Below, piece by piece: positions 53,138 to 63,137 of a stretch of DNA of 64,000 nucleotides. A program made the translations under genes and the position numbers. This DNA is from Promethearchaeota archaeon (GTDB lineage: Archaea > Asgardarchaeota > Lokiarchaeia > Sigyniarchaeales > SOKP01), in NCBI GenBank assembly GCA_019058445.1, contig JAHPZA010000001.1, forward strand, positions 106,203 to 170,202, written 5' to 3'. Positions within the stretch are counted from its first letter, which is position 1. Each line of letters begins with the position of its first letter. Under the pieces are notes generated by a model that worked only from the letters and a program-made list of their open reading frames with translations, made no database searches and was not told where the DNA came from.

Positions 53138-53884
53138 ATGCGAATTGGCGGAATAATTGATATTTCTACAAAAGATATTCCAAATAAAGCATGCATGGTT
53201 ATCTTTACTAATGGGTGTAATTTTAATTGCGAATTTTGTCATAACAAACATTTATTACAAAATAATCGCGGTAAAATTATAAAAGTAGAAGAGTTAATGA
53301 AACTAATAAATAATAACCTACTAGTTAATAGTTTAAGTATCACAGGGGGCGAACCGACGCTTCAGGAGGATTTAGTAGAGTTATGTAGAGAAATCACTAA
53401 GTTAGGGAAATATCTAAGTATAGATACTAACGGTTCTAGACCTGAAATCATTCAAAAAGTTATTCCATATATTAATAGAATTGCTTTAGATATAAAAGCA
53501 CCGTTAAAGCAACATCAATTAGAGAGAGTTGCTAGAAAAAGTATAGACCCTACGTTAATTACTCAGACATTTCTTATGCTAAATACCAGTAAGACTATTG
53601 ATTTTGAAATTAGGACCACTTATGCTGAAAACTTATTGACACCAGGGGATATTCATGAGATAATTTTCTTTCTTAAGGAGCATAATTTTAGAGGCAATTA
53701 TGTCTTACAACAATATAACTATTCTGAGGGGGTGGGTAAAGAGTTTAGAAATAAGTTTCATAAGCCGTCGCATCTTTCTTTAGTCAATATTCTTGGTTCT
53801 TATAAAAATCGCAATGTACCTTTTGAAATTTATTTAAGAGATGATATTGTTGGGTATTGCATGCTTAAAGAAATATTTAATTAA
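53138..53884 (+). CDS. nrdG: Anaerobic RNR activating radical SAM enzyme
   Basis: GCNFNCEFCHN, ITGGEPTLQ, DTNGS, DIKAP, EIRTT. Confidence 0.9.
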   Translation: MRIGGIIDISTKDIPNKACMVIFTNGCNFNCEFCHNKHLLQNNRGKIIKVEELMKLINNNLLVNSLSITGGEPTLQEDLVELCREITKLGKYLSIDTNGSRPEIIQKVIPYINRIALDIKAPLKQHQLERVARKSIDPTLITQTFLMLNTSKTIDFEIRTTYAENLLTPGDIHEIIFFLKEHNFRGNYVLQQYNYSEGVGKEFRNKFHKPSHLSLVNILGSYKNRNVPFEIYLRDDIVGYCMLKEIFN

Positions 53885-53985
53885 ATTGACTAAGCTAAAA
53901 TGCATTTAAAAGATAACGATTAGATCGGTATTATGAATCCCTTTTTGTATTTTTAATTTAAATATTTTTAAGATATATTGTTATT

Positions 53986-54303
53986 ATGAGTGAAACAAAA
54001 TCATTAGCATCAATTCAAGAGAAAATTGATAAGTTTATAGAGAATCATGGGGGATATTGGCCTCCTCTTTCCATGCTTAGTGCGTTAATGGAAGAGATCG
54101 GAGAATTAGCACGTGAAATAAATCATTTAGAAGGTTTTAAACCAAAAAAAACTACAGAAACGCAAATTGATATAGGGGAAGAACTTGGGGATATTCTATT
54201 TGCAATTATATGTTTAGCAAATTTCTACAATATCGATTTACATGAAAAAATAAATGAAATTATTGACAAATACCGAAATAGAGATTCTACACGGTTTATT
54301 TAA
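53986..54303 (+). CDS. MazG-like nucleotide pyrophosphohydrolase
   Basis: GGYWPPL, EEIGELAR, EELGD. Confidence 0.9.
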   Translation: MSETKSLASIQEKIDKFIENHGGYWPPLSMLSALMEEIGELAREINHLEGFKPKKTTETQIDIGEELGDILFAIICLANFYNIDLHEKINEIIDKYRNRDSTRFI

Positions 54304-54438
54304 GAGGAGAGAGGTAATTAAATCTTTCTTTTTATTCAATTAGGGAAGAATAGATTATAATATTTTAATTCAATAGATAATTCTAACTTTTAATCAATTA
54401 GAAATAGATAAACGGAAATATTCACATATAATAGAGAA

Positions 54439-55620
54439 ATGCTAAGAGAAGGCTTAAAGAAAAGTGAGATCATAAGATTGTTGGAAAAAAAACTATCTTT
54501 GGATTATTCTTATGAATCAGGATATATTTTAGGATCAATGTGCTCTGAGCCGATTGATTTTGGAAAAGAATTATATGTCAAATATCTCTCTAAAAATTTG
54601 GGAGATCCTGGCCTATTTCAAGGAACAGCAGCCTTGGAAAAGGAATTGATTTCTGAGATTGGAATGCTTTTTGGTGGAAAAGATATTATTGGATCGATAA
54701 CTACTGGAGGAACAGAAGCAAATATAATGGCTATGCGAATAGCCAAAAAACTTCGACCTGACATTGAGAATCCTGAGTTTATAGTACCCCGTTCTGCTCA
54801 CGTATCTTTTGATAAAGGGGAGGATATAATGTGTGGAGGTATAAAGCTTCGAAAGGCGAACTTGGATAAGAATTTTAAATTAGACATTCATCATTTTGAA
54901 TCTCTTATAAATAAGAACACTTGTGGGGTGTTAGGAATAGCGGGAACAACATCATTAGGGATTGTTGATCCTATAAAAGAAATAGGAAGAATTATTGAAG
55001 GAAAAGATATTTTTTTTCATGTTGATGCTGCATTTGGAGGTTTTGTTCTCCCTTTTCTAAGTGAATTAGGTTATCAAGTGCCTCCTTGGGATTTTGGTGT
55101 AAAACAAGTAAATTCTATAACAGCAGACCCCCATAAAATGGGTCTTGGACCGATACCAACAGGGGGGTTTTTTTTAAGAGATTCTTCTGTTATGAATAGG
55201 GTCGGTTTTGATATCCCTTATTTAGCAGGAGGTAATTTCAAACATTTCCATCTTGTTGGAACTAGACTTGGAGGGCAGGTAATTGCGTTTTGGGCAATTC
55301 TTAAGTATTTAGGAATAGAGGGTTTTGTTAAAATTGTTAAGGATTGTATGGAGAATACATTTTATTTAGTAAAATTAATATCTGAGATTAAAGGAATTAA
55401 ACTTGCGGCTACTCCTGAAATGAATATTTTGGGAATTACCACTGAAAGTGGAAATAAAATAAATGAAATTGATGAGGAACTTCGAAAACGAAATTGGATG
55501 GTTGGAAAATTCATTGATTTTAATTTAATCAGAGTAGTCATCATGCCCCATGTAAATCAAAACCATTTATTAAAATTTGCTAATGAATTGGAGGATATTA
55601 CAAAAAACTTAAAAATTTAA
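54439..55620 (+). CDS. mfnA: PLP-dependent L-tyrosine/L-aspartate decarboxylase
   Basis: ILGSMC, NLGDPGLF, GGTEAN, HVDAAFGG, DPHKMG. Confidence 0.9.
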   Translation: MLREGLKKSEIIRLLEKKLSLDYSYESGYILGSMCSEPIDFGKELYVKYLSKNLGDPGLFQGTAALEKELISEIGMLFGGKDIIGSITTGGTEANIMAMRIAKKLRPDIENPEFIVPRSAHVSFDKGEDIMCGGIKLRKANLDKNFKLDIHHFESLINKNTCGVLGIAGTTSLGIVDPIKEIGRIIEGKDIFFHVDAAFGGFVLPFLSELGYQVPPWDFGVKQVNSITADPHKMGLGPIPTGGFFLRDSSVMNRVGFDIPYLAGGNFKHFHLVGTRLGGQVIAFWAILKYLGIEGFVKIVKDCMENTFYLVKLISEIKGIKLAATPEMNILGITTESGNKINEIDEELRKRNWMVGKFIDFNLIRVVIMPHVNQNHLLKFANELEDITKNLKI

Positions 55621-55630
55621 GTGAATTTTT

Positions 55631-56245
55631 TTAATTCTCTAAATCATCCCATGATTTTAATTCAAATGTGTTCACTTTTTTACCAATTATATTTGAAATT
55701 ATATCTATTTTTTTTATTATTAATGTATCTGAAATATTTTCCTTTTCATATATAAAAGTTAAATTATAATTACTCCAATTTTCATTATCTAGCTGTCTTA
55801 TAAGACTTTTGCATTTTTTATTTATATTTTCTAACGCTTTTTCTGATAAATTAGGATTAACAATCTTATAATCTTCCACCGATAAAGGTCCACCTGAAAC
55901 GATTATATTACGGGGATCGATACCAATGCTTTTTAACTTTTTCTTTGAAGAATTAGCTGAAATTAAAATTTTCATATTATTTTTTACCAATTTTAGAAGA
56001 GTGCTTTTAATATCTTCTGAGTCCTCATATACTCTTTTATTTTCAGTACTTAAATAGGCAGAAAAGACTGGTTTGAGCTTTTGGTGAAGTGATTCTAATT
56101 TTGAGAGAAAGGTTTGATACATTGTCTCACTTAAATTGTAATTTGGAACAATTTCTCGAATTATTACTTTGATATCAATTAAGTCATCAATTGCCGCTAA
56201 AAGTGCTTTAACTTCCTCTGAATTTAGGTTTTTCATTTTGAACAT
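55631..56245 (-). CDS. DUF2100-like archaeal protein
   Basis: KKKLKSIGIDP...VSGGPL..EDYK..NP. Confidence 0.65.
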   Translation of the reverse strand: MFKMKNLNSEEVKALLAAIDDLIDIKVIIREIVPNYNLSETMYQTFLSKLESLHQKLKPVFSAYLSTENKRVYEDSEDIKSTLLKLVKNNMKILISANSSKKKLKSIGIDPRNIIVSGGPLSVEDYKIVNPNLSEKALENINKKCKSLIRQLDNENWSNYNLTFIYEKENISDTLIIKKIDIISNIIGKKVNTFELKSWDDLEN

Positions 56246-56365
56246 CCAATTATATTAACATTAGTAAGGAAAAATATTAAAAAAAGATATTTAAAGGGAA
56301 AAATTAATTTAATATTTAGTAAATAAATATTTGGCATAATTATTTCTAAAGATTTGAATTAGAGA

Positions 56366-57058
56366 ATGGGAAAAGAAAAAAAGCCTAAACTTGGAATAAA
56401 GACAGCTAGATATTATACAAAAAAATGTGATAATTGTAATTCTGAATACCCCAACTGGTTCACTAATTGTCCTAACTGTGGAAAAGCTTGGGATGAAGTA
56501 AAAGAAATACAAGATGCCAGTGGAAATCTTAAGAAAAATATAAAAATTGTTGTAAAGATCACTGAAGAGGATTTTACTGAAGCGATTAATATTGTTAAAT
56601 TAATATTTAGTGCAAATCAAGGACAAAACTGGTATCAGATAAAGATGGATATGAAAATGGATTATTTCATCGCTGAGATCGCTGAAGTACCTATTGGATC
56701 AGTCATAATGTATTATATTGAAGTCAGATTGGAAAACGGTGAGACTTTCATAGAAAATAATAATGGGCAATATTTTTTTTATAAAGTTGGTTCTACTATC
56801 GAAGAAAATGAAACAGAACCATTTGAATCTGAGGCAAACTTAATAAATGAGAATATAACAGATTCACAAATTCCCGTTCAAAATTATAAAGAAGATTTAC
56901 AAACTGTTAATGATAATCAACCTGCCAGTAACAATAATACAACTATTTTTGGAAAACCGCAGACTCAAGTTGATCCCAATTTAAAAGTATGTCCTCATTG
57001 TAATTCAAAAATAAAGAAAATGTGGAGTAAATGTCCTTTATGCGGTAAGGACGTTTAA
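56366..57058 (+). CDS. Zinc-ribbon protein with central beta-sandwich-like domain
   Basis: CDNC..CPNCG at N-terminus, CPHC..CPLCG at C-terminus; YYIEV...NNNGQYF. Confidence 0.7.
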   Translation: MGKEKKPKLGIKTARYYTKKCDNCNSEYPNWFTNCPNCGKAWDEVKEIQDASGNLKKNIKIVVKITEEDFTEAINIVKLIFSANQGQNWYQIKMDMKMDYFIAEIAEVPIGSVIMYYIEVRLENGETFIENNNGQYFFYKVGSTIEENETEPFESEANLINENITDSQIPVQNYKEDLQTVNDNQPASNNNTTIFGKPQTQVDPNLKVCPHCNSKIKKMWSKCPLCGKDV

Positions 57059-57142
57059 GAATTCAGAATTTTTACGAAGTAAGGCTCTTTTTACTTATTC
57101 TAACCTTCTTTTACATAGAAATTTAAATTAATTTAATAAAAA

Positions 57143-58933
57143 TTATTGTAACTTAGCACCACATTTGTTACAAAATGCATAATCTGAAGACAGCATCGCC
57201 CCGCAATATTGACAGATTAGAATGTCTTTTCGGGTGCTTCGAGTGCTTGAAGGTTCAGATTTCTCCGGAATTGAGGTTTCTGGAGAAGTATCGAATATTT
57301 CTGGTAGAGGTGCACTACTTGGAGCTTGAGCTGCGCCTTTATCAATATCTGCTACGTTAGGAATTATCCTAAGACTTGAGGTTTGTTTTTCATCAGATGG
57401 TGCTTTATCTCCAAATGGGATAAATGAGGTACCGTGAGTGGAAGCTGGCTGTTCTGTTTTTTGACTTAAAGTTTGAAATAAGGTTGGTGTATCAGATTCC
57501 CTTTTTTCAGGTTCAGCTGTTTGAAATGGCACGATTGTCTCCTGTTTTTCTTGAGGAGCTGCTTGAAATGCCATAAGAGGTTTAGTTTCTGCTTGAATTT
57601 CCTGTAGTGCTTCTTTTTTTTCTTTTTTCCCTACTTTTTGCATTTCTTCTTTAAGTTTTGCAGCTTTCTCTCTTTTTTTTTTAAGTTTCTTCTCCTTTTC
57701 TTCTTTTTTCTTCTGTTTCTCTAATTTTTTTCGTTCTTTCTTAGATATTATAGTTTCAGGCATATAATCTACAAGGAGTTCAGATACGGGTTCTGGTGTT
57801 TTAAATTCCTCTGGACCGGGTGCTGGAACTGGAATACTTGATGTGAAAGGAATTGCTTTAGGTTTATAAGCAGGAGGTTCTGATGATACTGATACTTCAG
57901 ATTTCATACCAAATTGAGTAGGGATTTCTTCTTTTTGAACTTCCTCAGATAATATTTGTTCTGGTGTTTTAAATTCAAATTCCATTGTATCTTTTGCCGT
58001 GGGTTCTAATGAGGTTGTGGGTATAGTTTCTCTTATTGGTACCGGTTCTGGAACAGGTGGTGTTGTAAAATCAATCTCTGGCTCAGGCTCAAAGGTTTTT
58101 GCCGGTTCTGGAACAGGTGGTGCGGCAAAATCAATCTCTGGCTCGGGTTCAAAGGTTTTTGCCGGTTCTGGAACAGGTGGTGCGGCAAAATCAATCTCTG
58201 GCTCGGGTTCAAAGGTTCTTGCTGGTTCTGGAACAGACGGTGCAATAAATTGAGTATCTGGTTTGGGTTCAAGCACAGGGGTGGAAACCTTAGCATCAGG
58301 TTGAATTCCCGAGATGAGTTCTGCAGGTGCAGTAGATGGTGCGGAGAAAGCTTGACCTGGACTATATACAGTACCTTCAGAAATTAGTTGATCTGGAATT
58401 CCTGATCCCACCATTAAACATGCTAGGATATAGAAGCAATCTCCAACCCCTTCTCCAGTTTTAGCTGAAGTTTCCATATAATATAGATTAAATTTTTGAG
58501 TAAAACTATTAATTTCCTCATTTGATAAGGATCGTTCATCAATCAAATCGCTTTTGTTGCCAACAAGAAGTAACGGTATTTCTGTTTTGATATTTGCCCT
58601 TACTTCCTCAATCCATTGTGGTAAATGCTCAAAACTTTCATATGACGTCAAATCAAAGATTAACAAACCACCCAATGAGCCTCTGTAATACATCGGTCTA
58701 ATTGAACTAAATCGCTCTTGACCACCGGTATCCCAGATTTGTAATTTAACCTTTATAGGTCCTTCTTCTTCGGTATCTATTGATATTGTCTTTACGTGAA
58801 AATCTACGCCAATTGTCATTTTATAATCTTCCGTGAAAAACCCTTTGCTAAACCGAATTGTTAAAGCAGTTTTTCCAACTCCACCATCTCCAACGACAAT
58901 ACATTTAAATAGATAATCGTATTCATCAGCCAT
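57143..58933 (-). CDS. Rab-like GTPase with long Pro/Glu-rich repeat tail and C-terminal Zn ribbon
   Basis: EYDYLFK, GDGGVGKT, IGVDF, KLQIWDTGGQ, YYRGS, GNKSD, ETSAK; CQYCG..CNKCG. Confidence 0.92.
   Translation of the reverse strand: MADEYDYLFKCIVVGDGGVGKTALTIRFSKGFFTEDYKMTIGVDFHVKTISIDTEEEGPIKVKLQIWDTGGQERFSSIRPMYYRGSLGGLLIFDLTSYESFEHLPQWIEEVRANIKTEIPLLLVGNKSDLIDERSLSNEEINSFTQKFNLYYMETSAKTGEGVGDCFYILACLMVGSGIPDQLISEGTVYSPGQAFSAPSTAPAELISGIQPDAKVSTPVLEPKPDTQFIAPSVPEPARTFEPEPEIDFAAPPVPEPAKTFEPEPEIDFAAPPVPEPAKTFEPEPEIDFTTPPVPEPVPIRETIPTTSLEPTAKDTMEFEFKTPEQILSEEVQKEEIPTQFGMKSEVSVSSEPPAYKPKAIPFTSSIPVPAPGPEEFKTPEPVSELLVDYMPETIISKKERKKLEKQKKKEEKEKKLKKKREKAAKLKEEMQKVGKKEKKEALQEIQAETKPLMAFQAAPQEKQETIVPFQTAEPEKRESDTPTLFQTLSQKTEQPASTHGTSFIPFGDKAPSDEKQTSSLRIIPNVADIDKGAAQAPSSAPLPEIFDTSPETSIPEKSEPSSTRSTRKDILICQYCGAMLSSDYAFCNKCGAKLQ
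58042..58243 (-). repeat. Coding 60-bp tandem repeat, ~3.4 copies (EPEPEIDFAAPPVPEPAKTF)
   Basis: Near-identical 60-nt units, in frame within the GTPase gene. Confidence 0.95.
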
Positions 58934-59174
58934 TAAATGTCCACTATAAAAATTTTATTTCATAAAATTAATTCAAACTATATAAGTTACAACTATTAAT
59001 ATAAATATATATTTTTATTTTTACCGTTAAATTATTATTTGATGAAGATAAGCCTAAGAAATTTATACAAAATAATGAAATTGTAAGAAAATGAAAACTC
59101 TTTAATGTAGAGAAATTTTATTTTCCCTAGTAAAGTAATCTTAGCGTAATTTAGTAAATATAATTCAAAAGAAA

Positions 59175-60521
59175 GTGATATTCTTGTTAAAAAAAAGAGA
59201 TGAACCCTATCTCCAAATCGCTCTAGATTTAATAAATAAACACAGAGCTTTACAAATAGCAGAGGAAGGCGTCAATGGAGGTGTAGATTGGATAGAAGCG
59301 GGAACACCGCTTATTAAATCTGAAGGTATGGATATTTTAAGAGTTTTACATAAAAAATTTCCAAATAAAGTATTAGTTGCTGATATGAAGACGGTTGATG
59401 GGGGATCGATTGAAATTGAAATTGCAGCAAAATCAGGTGCTAACATAGTATTAATGCTAGGGGGGAGTGATAATGCTTCTGTTACAGAAGCAGTTGAAGC
59501 TGCTGAAAAATATGGAGTGATGTTAGGTTGCGATACTATTGATATAATCCCTGAGAGACTTGTAGAGAGAGCTTTAGAGTTGGAGGAATTAGGGGTAAAT
59601 ATGATATGTTCTCACGTAGGGGTAGATCAACAAGTAATATATGGGGGTGAGAAAACCCTCGAGGTGGCAAAAAAATTAAAGGAAAAATTAAAACCAACAA
59701 CTTGGTTAGCAATAGCTGGAGGTATTAATAGTGAAACGGCTGCGATAGCTAAGGAAATTGGAGTTGATGTCATAATAGTAGGAGGAGCACTTTACAAATC
59801 TCAAAGCCCTGAAGATTCGGCGAGAAAAATAAAAGAAGCCATAAAACTTGCTAAACCTTTAGAAACCAGCTTATTTAAAAAATATGATGAGGCCCATATT
59901 CGTGAAGCTTTAATGAAAGTTTCAACACCTAATATATCTGATGCCATGCATCGTTCAGGAGAATTAAAAGGTTTAAAGCCTGTGTGGATTGGAACCGAGG
60001 ATTATCCATTGAAATTCGCGGGTACCGCCTATACAGTTAGAGCTTACAATGGAGATTGGAGTAAGCCAGTGGAAGCGATAGAAGAAGCAAGTAAAGGTGA
60101 TGTAATAGTAATTGATGCTTGTGAAGGAAAGGACGCAGTATGGGGTGAATTAGCATCATGGAGTTGCAAAGTTAAAGGTATTGAAGCCGTTATAATTGAT
60201 GGCGCAGTGAGGGATATTGACGATATAAGAAAAATAAAATTCCCCGCTTTTGCCCGTTATTTTACACCAACTGCTGGCGAGCCTAGAGGTTTGGGGGAAA
60301 CAAATGTGAGTATTGTATGTGCGGGTCAACATATAAATCCTGGAGATTGGATAGTTGGAGATGATTCTGGTGTTGTAGTGATTCCTAAGAAAAAAGCACA
60401 AGAAATGGCAAATAGGGGGATTGATGTAATGGAAAAAGAGAATCGAATTCGTGAAGAAATAAAGCGAGGATCTACGCTTTCTGAAGTTATGTATCTTAAA
60501 AAATGGGAGAAACAAAAATAA
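59175..60521 (+). CDS. hps: 3-hexulose-6-phosphate synthase fused to RraA/HMG-aldolase-like domain
   Basis: LQIALD, EAGTPLIKSEG, ADMKTVD, HVGVDQQ; STPNISDA, WGELA, DGAVRD, GDDSGVV. Confidence 0.9.
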   Translation: MIFLLKKRDEPYLQIALDLINKHRALQIAEEGVNGGVDWIEAGTPLIKSEGMDILRVLHKKFPNKVLVADMKTVDGGSIEIEIAAKSGANIVLMLGGSDNASVTEAVEAAEKYGVMLGCDTIDIIPERLVERALELEELGVNMICSHVGVDQQVIYGGEKTLEVAKKLKEKLKPTTWLAIAGGINSETAAIAKEIGVDVIIVGGALYKSQSPEDSARKIKEAIKLAKPLETSLFKKYDEAHIREALMKVSTPNISDAMHRSGELKGLKPVWIGTEDYPLKFAGTAYTVRAYNGDWSKPVEAIEEASKGDVIVIDACEGKDAVWGELASWSCKVKGIEAVIIDGAVRDIDDIRKIKFPAFARYFTPTAGEPRGLGETNVSIVCAGQHINPGDWIVGDDSGVVVIPKKKAQEMANRGIDVMEKENRIREEIKRGSTLSEVMYLKKWEKQK

Positions 60522-60566
60522 ATGATATTCCCTTATTCTTTAACAATTATTTTATTTTAAAAGTTA

Positions 60567-60664
60567 AGCCAGAGGTGAGATTTGAACTCACGATAATCAA
60601 CTCTGCAGGCTGACGCTATCGGCATTTTTTTAAAAAAAATTCGACCGGGCTAAGCGACTCTGGC
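60567..60664 (-). tRNA. tRNA-Cys(GCA) with 24-nt D-arm intron (60618-60641)
   Basis: GCCAGAG/CTCTGGC acceptor, U discriminator, TCAGC-CTGCAGA-GTTGA, GTGAG-TTCAAAT-CTCAC; BHB CGGT-CGA...GCCG-ATA. Confidence 0.92.
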
Positions 60665-60736
60665 ATAAAATATCTAAACTAAAAAATAAAGATATAGATA
60701 TAATAATTAAGATTAAATTTTAATTTTTTGTTTAAT

Positions 60737-61681
60737 TCAATTAAAAGTAGATTTTAATTGGTCATGAAATTTATTTAATTCGACTTTCATCTCATTGATG
60801 CTTTTAAATGGGACGGAAATTCCTAAATAAAAGATATTTCTTCCATTTTGTAATTGTATCTCATATTTTTTAACATATTCTATATTTTCCTTGACAAATG
60901 ACAATCTTTCATCTATTGCTACTTGGTTATCAGTTAGTCTTTGAAAAAATTCCAAATCCTCGTTAATCTTATTGCTTATTAGTTCTTCGAAATCTCTTGA
61001 ATCCATAGATTCATTATAATAATCTGAAATGATTAAACCGGTATCAGTATATAAAATTGCATGATTACAATGAAAATCTTGCACAATATTTCTTAATTTA
61101 TCATTAATAGTTACCAAATTTAGCAATTTATTTAGTGAATAGGAAATCGCTTTTGACAAGGATGATATATCATAGATAGAAGTCTTAAAAAATTTAAATT
61201 TCATATCTTTATTTTGACTTAATATGAGATTTTGAATCATGTCGATTCTATCAATGAATTCTTCATTGGTTTTATATTTTGGATCATATTTATTAAAGCA
61301 TATAAGAATTTCATTAGAATAATCCATATTTCTATAAATATCTAAAAGTTCATGCAGATATCTTACTGATGCTTCAAATTTTAGCTCATCCTGGATATCG
61401 ATAAGGTAATATAAGTAATTGGTTTCTGTGAAATAAATGGGATTATTGACATAAATCTTTCGATATTTAGCTTGTCCTCCCATATCCCACAAATTTATAG
61501 TCCAGTTGTTTAAAAAATCAAAAGAATTATAATCGATTTTTATCGTTGGTTTTAAATTTCTCACTTTTTCGTAAAAGTTATATTTTTTTCTTAAGGCTAT
61601 TAAAGCACTCGTTTTTCCTGCATTATCTAGGCCACTTATTACTATTTTTATGTCTTCCATTTTTACCGAATTATCTGCCAT
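60737..61681 (-). CDS. Arf/Rag-like small GTPase with C-terminal roadblock/longin-like domain
   Basis: GLDNAGKTS, WDMGGQ, NKYD, KTSI; AILYTDTGLIISD C-terminal domain. Confidence 0.85.
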   Translation of the reverse strand: MADNSVKMEDIKIVISGLDNAGKTSALIALRKKYNFYEKVRNLKPTIKIDYNSFDFLNNWTINLWDMGGQAKYRKIYVNNPIYFTETNYLYYLIDIQDELKFEASVRYLHELLDIYRNMDYSNEILICFNKYDPKYKTNEEFIDRIDMIQNLILSQNKDMKFKFFKTSIYDISSLSKAISYSLNKLLNLVTINDKLRNIVQDFHCNHAILYTDTGLIISDYYNESMDSRDFEELISNKINEDLEFFQRLTDNQVAIDERLSFVKENIEYVKKYEIQLQNGRNIFYLGISVPFKSINEMKVELNKFHDQLKSTFN

Positions 61682-61919
61682 TTTCGAGATTTAGTCAAGA
61701 CTTTTTTTTTCTAAAGGAACATATGATTGTATAAATAGTTTAAGTTTTTTTATTTAATTTTTAGTATTTCTCAAAATAGAGTTTAAAGAGAAACAATGTG
61801 GAAAAAAAAAAGGGTAATATAATATGGAAGTTATAAGTTTATAAAGAATTGAGATCTAAAATTTAAAAAAACAAAGAAAAATAATTAATAGTATAGATGA
61901 ATAAATAAAGAGGATAAAT

Positions 61920-62948
61920 ATGGATTCAAAAGAGATAGATTTTTATTCGCTTGGTTTTAACTTTATTGAAACCAAAACTATGTTCGTTACAGATTATAAA
62001 GACGGTAAATGGACTGAGGGCAAGTTGGTTCCTTTTGGACCTTTCGAGATTTCACCAGGAGCTTGTGTATTAAACTATGGGCAAGGTATTTTTGAAGGTA
62101 TGAAAGCTTTAAGAGCAAAAACAGGTCAAATTACATTATTTAGACCAGAAGAGAATGGAAAAAGGTTTAAAGATAGCGCAGAGAGAATGTTAATGCCTAC
62201 TTATGACGAGAATAAATTTGTGCAAGCAGTAAAGAAAGTAGTAAAAGCTAATGAAGAATATATACCCCCTTATGATAGTGGTGGAGCTTTGTATATTCGA
62301 CCGTTAATGATCGGAAATGGACCAATTTTGGGTGTTGCTCCAGCTAATGAATATAAGTTCATAATTTTTACTGTTCCCGTAGGCCCATATTTCCCAGAAG
62401 GTTTTAAAGCAATCGATCTTGAGATTTCTAAGAAATATACTCGAGCGGCTCCTGGAGGAACTGGCTTTGCAAAAACATGCTGTAATTATGCACCAACAAT
62501 GAAACCGGCGAAAGAGACAAAAGCCAAAGGATTTGCTCAAGTTATTTATTTAGACGCCGTAGAAAGAGAATATATTGATGAGGTGGGGACTGCCAATTTT
62601 TTTGCGATTATAAATGGAAAACTTGCTTCACCTAAAGCAGCAGGAACGATACTACCGGGAATTACGCGTAAATCAGTATTAGAAATAGCTGAAAAGAAAC
62701 TTAACCTGACAGTTGAAGAGAGAGACATCTCTTATAAAGAATTATTTGAGGAGAGTTGTACTGAAGTATTTTGTACTGGAACAGCTGCGGTTATTACACC
62801 AATAGGTTCAGTAGTATTAGAAGACAAGAAACGAGTATTTAATAATGGTGAACCTGGAAAATTAACCAAAAAACTCTACGATCTCTTAACTGGTATTCAG
62901 CGATTAGAAATTGAAGACGAATTTGGATGGGTTACAGTATTAGAATAA
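61920..62948 (+). CDS. ilvE: Branched-chain amino acid aminotransferase
   Basis: YGQGIFEGMKA, LYIRP, ILPGITR, GTAAVITP. Confidence 0.96.
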   Translation: MDSKEIDFYSLGFNFIETKTMFVTDYKDGKWTEGKLVPFGPFEISPGACVLNYGQGIFEGMKALRAKTGQITLFRPEENGKRFKDSAERMLMPTYDENKFVQAVKKVVKANEEYIPPYDSGGALYIRPLMIGNGPILGVAPANEYKFIIFTVPVGPYFPEGFKAIDLEISKKYTRAAPGGTGFAKTCCNYAPTMKPAKETKAKGFAQVIYLDAVEREYIDEVGTANFFAIINGKLASPKAAGTILPGITRKSVLEIAEKKLNLTVEERDISYKELFEESCTEVFCTGTAAVITPIGSVVLEDKKRVFNNGEPGKLTKKLYDLLTGIQRLEIEDEFGWVTVLE

Positions 62949-63137
62949 GTGTATTTTTTATAATCTTTTATTTTCTTTATTATTGGTTTACTTCTTTTAC
63001 GTATTATAAATTAAAATTTATTCCTTAGTTTTTAATTAACAATTAACTTAATTTGGAGTTAACCATATTCAATTATAATACCTTGTAAGGATAGGGGATA
63101 CAATTATAAGTAAAAACATATTTAAATAGGAAATTTT

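Noticed and set aside
58042-58243. Tandem repeats as a CRISPR array, and ORFs 57999-58253 (+) and 58033-58296 (-)
   Set aside because: No unique spacers and no cas genes; the units are in-frame coding repeats of the GTPase, and the extra ORFs are shadows of them
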